The notes under the pieces: generated by a model
Database searches by the model: none
What the model was told of the DNA's origin: nothing
The model's input: the letters and a program-made list of their open reading frames with translations, nothing else
Position numbers and translations under genes: made by a program
IMG/VR virus record: IMGVR_UViG_3300025108_000024
Location: 1 to 64,000 of that record
Reading direction: 5' to 3' (one strand)
Source: a virus
Length of the DNA stretch: 64,000 bases
Shown here: one piece after another, positions 18,001 through 30,000 of the stretch
Layout of the letters: each line of letters opens with the position of its first letter
Numbering within the stretch: the first letter of the stretch is position 1

Positions 18001-21000
18001 CTTTCATACTGTTCTCCAAAATTATCATAGTCAATACCGTTAAAAGATATTTGACGTATAACCTGTCCTTTTACAGAAACCTTTCTCATTTTAATTTTAG
18101 CTTCACCTAAAACATTTAAATAAAGGTTAGGTAATACAGCTGCTCCAATAGAAGCTGCTCCCTCCTTATTGTTTGAGAATGCTTTAAATTTACCAAGTAA
18201 GTTATCTACATCTAAACCGTCTTCTCTAAAAAGCTCAGCCAATTCAGGCAATTCTGTTTGTATATAATCTCTAACCTCAATTAAAGGATCTAAAACAGCA
18301 GGGTCATATGCAATAGGGTTAACACCATCTTTTGTTGAAATGGTATTACCTTCATTAGACCATAAAGCAAACTTGTAATCTAATATCTGATTATTTAAAG
18401 CAGCTTCATAAGGCATACCTTTTTTCTTTACATGTGCATCAAACTTCTTTTGTGTTGTAGGAAGATTTAATACTTTAAGTGCTCTTAAATAATCTTCTGA
18501 TAAACCTGTAAGTTCTTTAAATTCATTTAGCTCTTCTTCACTGTAAAGCATAAAGTCTTGGAAGTTCATTTTAGCTTTTTCAAAAGCATCAGCATAAATA
18601 CTTTTACCTTTTATGCCAGCTTCTTTTATGTAATGTATGTAATCTCTAAACTGATCTGTTTTAGATCTTGATAGGTCACCATACTCTACATAATTATTGT
18701 CTCCATCTTTATACCATTCTTTTATATGTGTGTATACTTTATCAATATCAAAATCCGCTCCTGATATTTCAATTAACTCTTTTGAGAATATTGCAGTTGA
18801 TCCATAAAATGCAGGTAAAAAGTCTACAAATTTAGTTGCATAAGCAGAATGTTTATCTTGAGATGGAATACGAACAGCAAATGCTTTTTGTACAACGTCA
18901 GGCATTTTAATATTAGTTCCATCAAAGTCTTCTGCTATTTCTGCAAAGTGTGCAGGTGCTAAACCTTCTGAATATCTTTGACCCGTAAAGTTACCTTTGT
19001 TGTCATACTCTTTTAAATTGTGTCTTAGTTGATCTAACACAACAACGCCTTTACCACCAGAGTTTTCTAATGCTGCTTCTAAACCTATTAGTTTACCGTC
19101 TTCATCTGCTCTTATTTGTATAGCAGGTGGGTTATCTAAAAAGTTATAATACTTCTCTCTAATTATTTCATGCTTATCAGGATTACCATTTTCATCAACA
19201 GAAAATACTCTTCTAACAACGTTAACGCCAAAGTCTGATGCAAGTGCTAAGGATAAACCAGGAGATTTTTCAGACATTGTATCTTTAGCAAAATAACTTA
19301 AGAATAATTGCTGAAAGCTTTTTTGAACCATTGGGTTATTTAAATCATAACCGTTTTCAGGATTAAAATATTCAAGAACATTGCTTGATGCCTGACTTGC
19401 TTTTAATGATTCTGATGCAAACTTTAAAAAGTTTTCTAAGTCTACCGTAAGTTTACCTTGTTGTTTGCTTAGATTAAGCTCGTTCATTCCAGCCTCAACT
19501 GTAAAGTTTGTAATAAGATTTACTTTACCAAAATATTTTAGATTAAGTCTATTGGTTGTTGCTCTGTGGTATTGTTCCCTTAATTTACCAATAGGTATTT
19601 TAGTTTCTACACCAAATGCTTTTACATAAACTTCTTCAGAATCTAAAAGCTCTGATGAAATAAGACTTTTCATCTGAGTAGGATCTGTAATTATAACTTT
19701 GTTTGATGGGTTAACTAATTGTAGACCCATAAACTCAGCCTTAAGATCTGTAGTTACAACAGCATTATCATTAGGATTAAATTCAGAAAAAGCCTCTTCA
19801 TAAGATAGAGTATTCTTTTTCATCATTTTAGATGCACTTAAAGGTGCAGCAATACCCAATGTATTATTTCCTTGCTCTTCTACTTTCTCTAATCTTAGTC
19901 TAAGATTATGTAGTTTTTCATATTGTGGTTTAGGTGTACCATCTACCTTCGTTGTTAATTCAGGGGTAAGTACTACTGCTGACATTTTTAAGAATGTCTG
20001 ACCGTCACCATATACTAATTTTAATGAATTAAATACAGCACCTTCTTTTATGTAACCTCCTTTACCAAACAGTTCTTCTGCATTAACTCTTTCACCTTTT
20101 TCAATTCTATTAATTAAATCAGCTTTTCTTGCATCCAATTGTGCAAAGCCAAATAACATGTGTCTTAATGCTTTGGTTGTTATATACATTTGAGCATCTG
20201 CTCTTTCTCCTTTACCTTTGGCGTATGTACGGTCAAACTCTGGATCAGTAAATGATATAAGGGATATGTTATCATTTGTATGGTTAACACCTAACCTTTC
20301 ATCAAATACAGGAGAGCTTGCACTTATGTGAGATGCGTTTTGCATCTTAGCTCTTTTAACTTTATCAACTGCATCCTTAAGTGATATAGCTTGATCACCT
20401 AGTATTAATTGATTTAATGCTTTTGTATTTAACCAATCATTAAAAAAGATCTGCATTAAATTATGACGTTCATTGTCTCTTATAAGATTTAACTGTTCCA
20501 TAGCAGCATCTCCTTGACGATTCCCTTCATCATTTTCAATACCGTTCTTTATATCATCAGTTATCATACTTCTCACAAGAAAGTTATCTAGAGTTTGATC
20601 AAACCTATCAAACTCTTGCATAAGTCTTTCATTCAAGACTTTATTAAACATATCTAATGACATGTTCTCACTTAAACTTTCAATTGCTTCTTCTAATGTT
20701 GCATCTGTATTTTCTATTGCAAAGGTTTCTAACGCTTCTTTATAGTTAAACTCTAAGCCACTATATTCTTCTGCCGTAAAGTTTTCTACAGGAACTAGTC
20801 TATAACCATATTTGCTTTTATTTCTTCCACTAGTTTTTTGACCACCTCTTAAAAATTCAGCAATTACTGCAGTGTCAACCCACAAGCTTACGTCACCTAC
20901 TTTAACTTTATTCTTTGTTAAATACTTTGCTTGTTCTTTCTTATCTAAACTCTCATACTCTTGTTGATTAAGAACAGCTGAACCAAGACTAGCAACAATT

Positions 21001-24000
21001 GATCCTATATTACCAGTATTAACTTCACTGATTTGACCCAAAGAAATTAATTGAAATTCTCTTTCACCCTTTTTACTTTTTACAGTAACTCTAGCATTAG
21101 AGTTTTCAACAGTCAAACCTATTGCTTGAGCTTGAGCTTGACTAACATATACATGATCTTGCTTGCCATCAATTATTCTTTGTGACGCATCATCGCTGAA
21201 TTTAGGATCATTAGCTTCAACTCTATTTTCTGCATCTTGTTGGCTTTCTAATAAAGTTGCTGTGTCATTAAACTTGTATGCACGTCCACTATAATCATCT
21301 TGAACTGCACCATTCTTAGAATTGTATCCCTCTAGTATGGCTTTGTCTTCATCTTTTTTTGCAGCCTCTCTTTGTATTCTTTTAAATTCTCTTCTAATTT
21401 CTCCTAAAAATAAAGAAGTAGTCACAGATGTTAACTCTACTTTTCCTTCTTTTACTTCAACTGTTTTAATTACTGGTAAAGCAACTAAGTCACCTGTGTT
21501 AGAAGCTTCTATAACTCTAATTAATACAGGAGCAAGAGCTGTTTCTACAACCTCCCCTTCTTGGTTTACAAACTCAACTGTTTTATTTTGTTGCTTGTAT
21601 GTTTGATATTGGGATAAATATGTATTTATTAATGTAGCTACAAATTCAGGTCCTTTTAATCCACCATATGTTTTACTAAGTTTATCAGCACCAAGACCTC
21701 CTTCATCACTTAAAGCATTTTCTGTAGAACCCGACATAAAACTTGATTTTGTACCGGCTACCCTTAACACTTGTAATCTGTCTTGTTCTGAGAGAGCTCT
21801 AAATGCTTCACTCTCTAATAAAATATTTTCTAAGTTATAACCTTCATTTGCTGTTTCTAGCTCAGATAAGAAAGAATCATCATTCATCTTACTGATCATC
21901 TTAAGGTGTAGTGTTTGTTTTTGATGAGCATAAACAAAGTTACCTTCAGGATTTAAGAAAACACTTTGACCTATTGTTTCATCAAACAATGCATTGTTTT
22001 TTGCTAGCTTTTGTAAGCGTGATTTTATACCACCTTTTCTATTAAATAAATAAGCTGAAGTTCTACGCGCTTCTTGAGTTAATTTTAGTTGTACAACCAT
22101 TTCTTCAAGTTGTGCAATTTCAATTGGTTCAGCATTTTTGTTATTAAGAATAAGAGCCTCTAATTGTGAATCTCTGTTTTCAAGATTACTAGCAATAGAG
22201 AATTGTATATATGCAGGTGAAAACTTAATACCTACTGTATCATATATATCATTAGAAAGTTTTTGTGATAACTTAGCTAAAGTTACAGCATCTTTTATTT
22301 TTGTTATATTGTCTGTATCTAAATTAAAACCAAGTGCCTGCAATGCATCCACTGCTTCATTTAAAGCAAACTGATTATCTCTTATTTTTTTATACTTCTC
22401 ATTATGTGCTTGTTTCCAAACATCTATTTGATTAGATGCATCATCTCTATTGGCAGCATTATATATTGCTATCTTTTTCCCTTTTGCTCCTAAGTTTGTG
22501 TGGTAAAATAAGTAATCAACTCTGTAGTTTTCTAAAGCAACATTAATTTCATTAAAGAAAATTTTATTTGTTACCGCATCTATAAGCTCTTCATTGGTTG
22601 ACTCCATTACAAATTCTTTTGTAAAGGTAGCACCTCCAAGCTTGTTAAATATTTTATCAACTACAGCAGCTGTTTGTACATTTCCTATTGAAAAACCAAC
22701 CATGTTTCTTAAAATACTAGAAGCATCAGTTGTATTCTTTACAGACTTAAGTAAGCCATTGTATGCACTTATATAATCAACAGGTGTATATATCTGTTGA
22801 CCATTTAATAACTTAGTATTACCAAACTCATCAGCTTCAATAATTTGTGTTGTTCCCAAGAAAGATCTAAATGCAGTAGGTAGACTATTAAATCCACCAA
22901 TCATAGATTGATCTTTATCCCATTGAGATGTGTTTCTTAAACCTTCCTCATACTCAAGTTCTTCGTTCTGATATTGCTCATTTAAAATTTGTGTATCAAA
23001 TACAGATATATATTGCATTGTTGCTTCAACTGCATTCTGTTGATACTCAATCTGTTGAGTCAATGTTTCTTTTGTTGATTCACCTATTATACCACCTAAT
23101 GCAGTATACAGTTTAAACAACTTATCTATTTGAGCACCTGACTTATCAGCATTATGTTCCCCAACAGGATTATATAAATCTCTAAAGTCTTTTATTGTGT
23201 CTATTAATACTTCTTGTCTTGATTTTCCTTTTATATCTTTTAAGACTTTTGGATCTGTAGTTGCTAATTTATTTAAATAAGCAGCTCCCATAGTTCTAAT
23301 AACTTTAGTAGCAGTATCAGGATCAACAAACTTTTCAGCAAACCCTCTTTCTAGTTCTACTTTTTCATAAGCTAACATTTTGTAAGCTTCTAATGCAACA
23401 CCCGAACTTAAACCTGTAGTAAAGTTGTTGTTTATTATACCAGCACCTTTATATTTACCAGCATCTATATTTTCAAATAAATCATTAAGTTCATTTTTTG
23501 TAAACCTACGCGTTACACCTTTGATCCACTCCAGTAATCTGTTAAAGAATGATTTTATTGTTGAAGATGTTTTAGTGCTTCTTGGGTTTTTCTTAAACTT
23601 TTCAAACTCATCAGCCATGTACTCTTCATAATATTCTCTTTCTAAAGCAGCAGCTGACATTTTTTGATACTTTGCAGCCTTGCTTCTAAACTTGCTAAGC
23701 TCAACAGTAAAGTCTTTACCTTCTGATCTAAGCTTTGCACGTGCTTCTTTCTTAGCTATTGCTAAGTATTTATTTTGTTCTTCTGTAGTTAGTAATAATC
23801 TAAACACAGAGTGGAATGCTTCATGATATCTAAACCCTTGTTCTCCCACGTATATAGTACCTCCTGTTGCAACACCACCAGCTAAATTTGTCAGGTTGGT
23901 TACAAACAGACCAACAGGTACTCCATTAACTTTTAGTCTATCAGCTATTTCACTTATATCTTTTATAGTAATAAAGTCAGGTAAATTATTTTTTGCCCAG

Positions 24001-27000
24001 TCCATAAACATCTCTATAGACTCTGTTTCTTTATTAGTAAATCCTTCAGTTATAATTTTACCTGCAAAACTATTTACAATTCTTTCTGCCTTCGTAAAAG
24101 CCTTTTTAAGTTTCTTAAACTCTGCATCCTTTCCATTTGCAGTAAATTGTATATACTCAACACCAGTAATCTCACCAGAATCTACTTTACTTTGTAGCTC
24201 ATTAGTATAATTATCTAAAGCTTCTTTGGCAGCGTTTCTTGCTTCTAATGCTTTTTCATATTCATTATTATCTGATGATTTAGTTCTTCTCTCTAATGTT
24301 GCTACTAAAGTTGATATAGTAGTATCTTTTACTTTCTTTACAACTGCTTCTCTTTTACTAAGAGAAATTCCTTTTGCAACTTTAATTGCAATTAGTTTTA
24401 AATCATCTAAAGATATTTCTTCAAAATCATCGTTTTCTAATTCATCAAACTCTTCTTGAGACATTGCATTAACACCAGCTGCATTAGGTGTTGCTTCATC
24501 TATTGCTTGATCTAATTTACTATCTTTCTTTTTACTTTCTTCAAGTGCATCTTCTTCTGCTTTTATAGTATCTGCAGCTCTTTGACCTTCTTGATAATTA
24601 ACAATATCTTCATGTGATACTTCATACTCTACATATGAAGTATTAAAAGATTCTTCTTGAAAATTAGTATTAGTAAGAAGTAGTATTGCTTGAGGTGTTA
24701 CTGTATCAGGTATGTTTTGTCTAAAGGATGCTTTGGATATTGAAAGCCCTTTCTTACTAATTTTACCATCTTTTTTAATTCCCTTTTGTAATAGTTTTAC
24801 AATACCATCAAACGTAGTATCTCCTTTTAGCTGAATAAAACTATTATGTATAGTTTTATCTGCAACAGTATCTATTATTTTAAATTCTATATTACCACGT
24901 TGATTTACTTTTAATTCTGCATTGTAGCCTGACTTCAAATAAATATAAAATGAATTCATTGTCTCACCTTCATTAAAGGTATCATTAAAAGAAACAGACT
25001 TTGTTCTTACGGTGCCATCAACATCTTCTAGATTTTCTTCTTTTGTCTTTTCTACTTGCTTGACAATTTCTTCTAAAATTTCTGATTGAGATTCCTCGGT
25101 TAATGCTCTTGCTTTTAATGGAGCAAACGCTATTGTACCGTTTGGTAGTTTTATTACAGAGTGATATCTATCAGTTTTTCTAGTCTTTTTTAGATAATCC
25201 ATTAAGGTAGTACCATTAGCAAGAGTTTTTTCTGATAACTCTTTCTGTACTTTATTTCTTAATGCTTTATGTTCATCAGAACCTACAGGATAGTTTGTTC
25301 TAATTGTTACAACTCTATTTCTTTTTTTAGTTTGAGGGTCTCTTCTATATGTATAATCTATTACAACTTGTTCTCCATCATATGTAGAGTTAGTTAATTG
25401 AGATACATTGACGTTAAAGTTTTCTGTATCATATAAATACTTCATGAAGAACTTTGTACCGTCTACAACATCTGATAAAAGAACCGAATCACCAAGCTTA
25501 ACTTTATCAAGTATGCGTTTTCTTAATACTTGTTGTTTAGCTAAAGAATATAATGCTGACTTTGGATTGTGAAAGAATTGTTTAAGTTCTGAATTAGATC
25601 TACTAAATATGTTTTCTATAACATTTCCTGACTCATCTAAAAATCTATAATTACCAGAAGGTAATTGTATAGCCATATCATTTAAAGTTACATCTTGGAA
25701 ACCTGTCTCTTCTAATGCTTTGTTTATTTTATTACGTGTCTCTGGATTAGTAAAGTTTAAATTAAAAGAGTAGTCTTCTTTTACTATTCTTATTCTTTTA
25801 TTTTCTTTTTTACTTATCTCATCCTTAAATACCTTTTTAAAATCACCAGGATTATTTTTAGTAACAGTTAATTGTATCTCTTGTAATTCTTCAGGAGTTA
25901 ATTGCTGTAATATAACCTTCAATGCTTTTTTTGCATCTTCTGTTGAAAGCTTATCTGTTATACCTAATGCATAAATACCAAGTATGTTTTTAATAGTTAA
26001 CCTTGGAGTATCTTTAGCTACTAATGTATCAGAAAAAGTTTCTTCTAGAATATTATATTCAACAAAATCTGCTGCACTTACTCTCTTAGCTGCTTTTTCT
26101 CTAGATTTAGTTGTTCTATATTTATCTATCTGATCTTCAGGTAAAATAAATAAAGTACCATCTTCTTTAACTTTAGCTGGTGTACCTAAAACAATAAATC
26201 TTCTACCGTCTTTATCTGTAACTACATCTCCGTAACGTAATGTTTTTACATTCTCACCTATACCAAAAGTAAAAGTATCTGTATCTGGTATTGTATCTAA
26301 AAGTTTTCTAAATATTTTATTTTTAGCTTCTTGTATTGTAGAGTATGAGCTTCTTATATTTTTAGGATCTATTCCCGCAGCTTCATAAAAATTTTCTGGA
26401 ACAGGGCTACCGTCTGCAAGCTCAACAACATAACCAGTTGTCTTTTGACCTTTTACATCCGTAACAACTTTTCTAATTCTTAAACCTCCTTTTGCATCAA
26501 CTATGTCCTTACGCTCCTTATTTTTTGTTGTAGCTGCTTTGCCTTCAATAAGTTCAAAAGTTAAACCAAGCGGCTCTCCCATACCAACAACAAGCTCTCT
26601 TACTGTAGGATCATCTTTATTTTCTAATATCCATTCTTTAAAACCTTCTCCAGATTTTATAGTAACACCTAAGTTATCTTGAGTTGGATCTAATGATTGT
26701 ACCCATAATGCTTTAAGATCATGTAGGATACTTGCAAGTTCTTGAGCCTCTTCAGTTTTTTGCCACTGTTCTAGAGTTAATCTTTTTTTACCAGATTTTA
26801 CTAGTTGACCATTTACCACAGCCAATCTTGATAATAAAATATTTTTAGCAAAAGAGTTTACTTTGTTATCACTGTTAATTACAGTAGCTGCTTTTTCTTT
26901 AACCTCAGCATCTTCCTCTACAGCATCTTTTATCTCTTCTGTTTCAGCATCCTCAGCTGTTGGATTAGTAAGCTCAATATAATTATTTTTAATCCTTGCT

Positions 27001-30000
27001 ACATTTATAAATTTTGCTGGATCCTGCATAGGATCTAACGGACCATACTCTGTGTTAAAGGTTTGTAAATTTTCTATATCACCAGTTGCAATAAAGTCTT
27101 CAACTTCTGATGGATCGGGTGTTATTCCTAATTCATGTAAATCATTAATGACTTGAGATACATCATCTTGATTCATTGCATCTTTAAGCTTTATTCTTTG
27201 AGTATTTACATCCTTATCTTTAAGATACTGATCTTTTATAAACTTGTAAGTTCTTTCAGTTAACTCATCAAATACAGTTGGGTTATTTAAAACCTCAACT
27301 GCTTTATCATACATTTTAGTTCTATATTGTAATTCACCATAGTCTACTATCTGTTTTACAACTTCATTAATTTTAGACTTATCAGCAAATATATTATTAT
27401 CTTCTGCTAAAAATTCAATGTATTCCGTAAAGGATTTTGTAAGCTTAGATGTTTTTCTTTTATCAAACTTCTGTGTTAGGATTCCTTCTTTTTTAGATAC
27501 CTGAGTACCCATTTGATACTTTAATCCAGAACCTTTTGTAGTAGTTTGATTATTGGCATCTGTAAAAACTTGAAAGTAGTTTTCTAATAACTCTTTCTTT
27601 TTCTTTTTCTTGTTTAATAACTCAACATCTTCTCCTTGTTCAAGATTTGCAATTTCATTAGCAAGTAGTTTTATTTCACTTCTTACACTCTGTGGGTCTA
27701 ATAATACTGTAAGATCACTTGCTGCTAGTTTAGAAACTTTAGATGATCCATCTTTACCAACTGCATATATAATATCTTCTATTGTTAATGCATCAAATAT
27801 GGATTGCATTCTCTTTTGAGAATCCATAAAAGATTGTTTAGTAAACATTTTTAAATATGTTGCATGTTCCCAAGCTTGCTGCTTGAACAGCTCTATAAAA
27901 TATTCTCTTTCTCCATACTTGTATTTATTTACAGAGTATGGATTAGGGTTATCATCTCTTTCCTTCTTATATGTTTTTTCTAAGTCATAAGACTTTTCAA
28001 CTAAAGCATTAAATTGTTTCCTTGTTTTACCGGACTTTATTTCTTTCTTTAGATGTGGATATGCTTCTGTTAAAGCTTTATCATCAAGATTAACTATTGC
28101 TTTTATTTGATCACGGAATGTATCTACCATGCCATTGTTAATAGCTTGAACTAAAGTATTAAATTCAAGAAAATCTTGATTATCTTTAAAGTCTAATCTA
28201 TCACCTTCATAATTAGCAGTTTGCATTCCTTCTGCACCTTGCTTAGCTTTAATAAAGTTTAAGCTTTCTACATCAAAAATTGATTGCCCTTTCTTAGCTT
28301 GTAAATTTAATCCTTCATTAATTGTTTTAACAAGATCATCAAGTTGCTTTTCTCTTTCTTCTCTCTTTTTTGCAAATTCTTCTTTATTAAAAACACGGTT
28401 GAATGTATCAGGTGCAACATTATATATAAGTTTGTTTCCACCACCTAATATACCACCTGTTGCAAAACCAGACATAAATACTTCAAAACCTTGTGCAGAC
28501 ATTTGACTCTGTATTGCACTATCTAAAGAAGCATTATATAAATATCTTTTATTAGCAGCTGGATCTTTTATCAAACCAGAATAATAATCAACAACACCAA
28601 CCTGCATTGCTTCTTGATAAAGTTCCTGAACACCTTCTGATATGTTACCAGCAAAAAATCTTAATGCACCCTGTGCTCCAAACCTTACATAATCACCAAA
28701 GTTATAAACCTCAGATCTCTGTCTCCAACCTTCTTTTGTCCAAAGTGATTTTTTTCTTCCTACTACATTCTCTTGTATCTTACCATTCTTTACAAACTTT
28801 TTAGTTTGCATTATTTTTTTACCAGCAGCACCAAGATTATTATCTAAAACTCTCCTAAGCCCACGGCTAAATGGAGTTACCATTGCACCAAAAGTAACTC
28901 TGTTTGTTAAATAGATTAGACCTGCATTACCTTTAAGCGTTGTAAAAGCACCAGCGGCTGCTTGTTCTTGTATATCTTTTAACTGTTTTTCTGATAAATC
29001 AGTATTACCATTTTTAAACTGTTCTATAGCCATACCATTGCTTACTAAATCATTGTAAACAAAACCAGCTTCTAACCTAGACTCATCTAATGCTAGATCA
29101 ATCATTCTCATATCTCTATAAAAACCACCAAAACCTGCAGCAGCTTTACCAAACTTACCCAAGCCATTAGCTACATCTTTTGTTCTATCAAAAGATCTTA
29201 ATGCTTGCATTGTTTCAGGTAGAAAGATTCTACCAACAACATTTTTCCCAGTTCCAAAAGCAGTCCAAAAATCTCTTGCTTTTTCTGCACTTTTTAAAGT
29301 CTTTACCATTTGGTAACCACCATTAAACATTCTACCTACAGAAGTAGCATTACCCATTTGCCTCATTGTACGAAGCATCTTTGCAAATCTTCCTGCATTA
29401 TAAACAGATCTTGCTGCAGCAGCAGTACCTGTAGCAGCCGCTGCCGCACCAGATACACCAAATGTAGCTGGAGTTGCTGCAGTCAAAGCAGCTGTTGCTC
29501 CCCACATTGCTAGCTCTTCAGCTGCAATACTACTCATAATACTTATACTGTAAGCACTATTTAAAGCAAATCTATTAAATGCACCACCAAAACCTTCAGA
29601 GCTATCATTACCTATTCTCATAGCTTCAGCCATGTCTACTGCAGCTTCTGTATCTGGATCACTGTCAAATAAATCAAAAACACCTTGGTTGTTATTGTCA
29701 AACAGGGCATCGGATAAACCAAAGAAAGAAAAACCTGGAGCAAAGTTTTTTCCAAATTGACCCATAGATCTTGAAAAGTTATCTACCCAATCAGAATTTT
29801 CATTATAAAACTCTTCATTATTTCTTGTAGGACTAAAGCCTAATCTATGATATTGAGGATGTGCATAAAAGTGATCAAAGTTTGTATTTCTAATACTAAA
29901 TGCTTCTCTTGGTTTTACATCTCTTTGTGTTGGTTTATCAAAAACTTTGTTAGCAGCAAACCAATCATCAGGATCTATTGCTGTTTGTGTTTGTGATGTA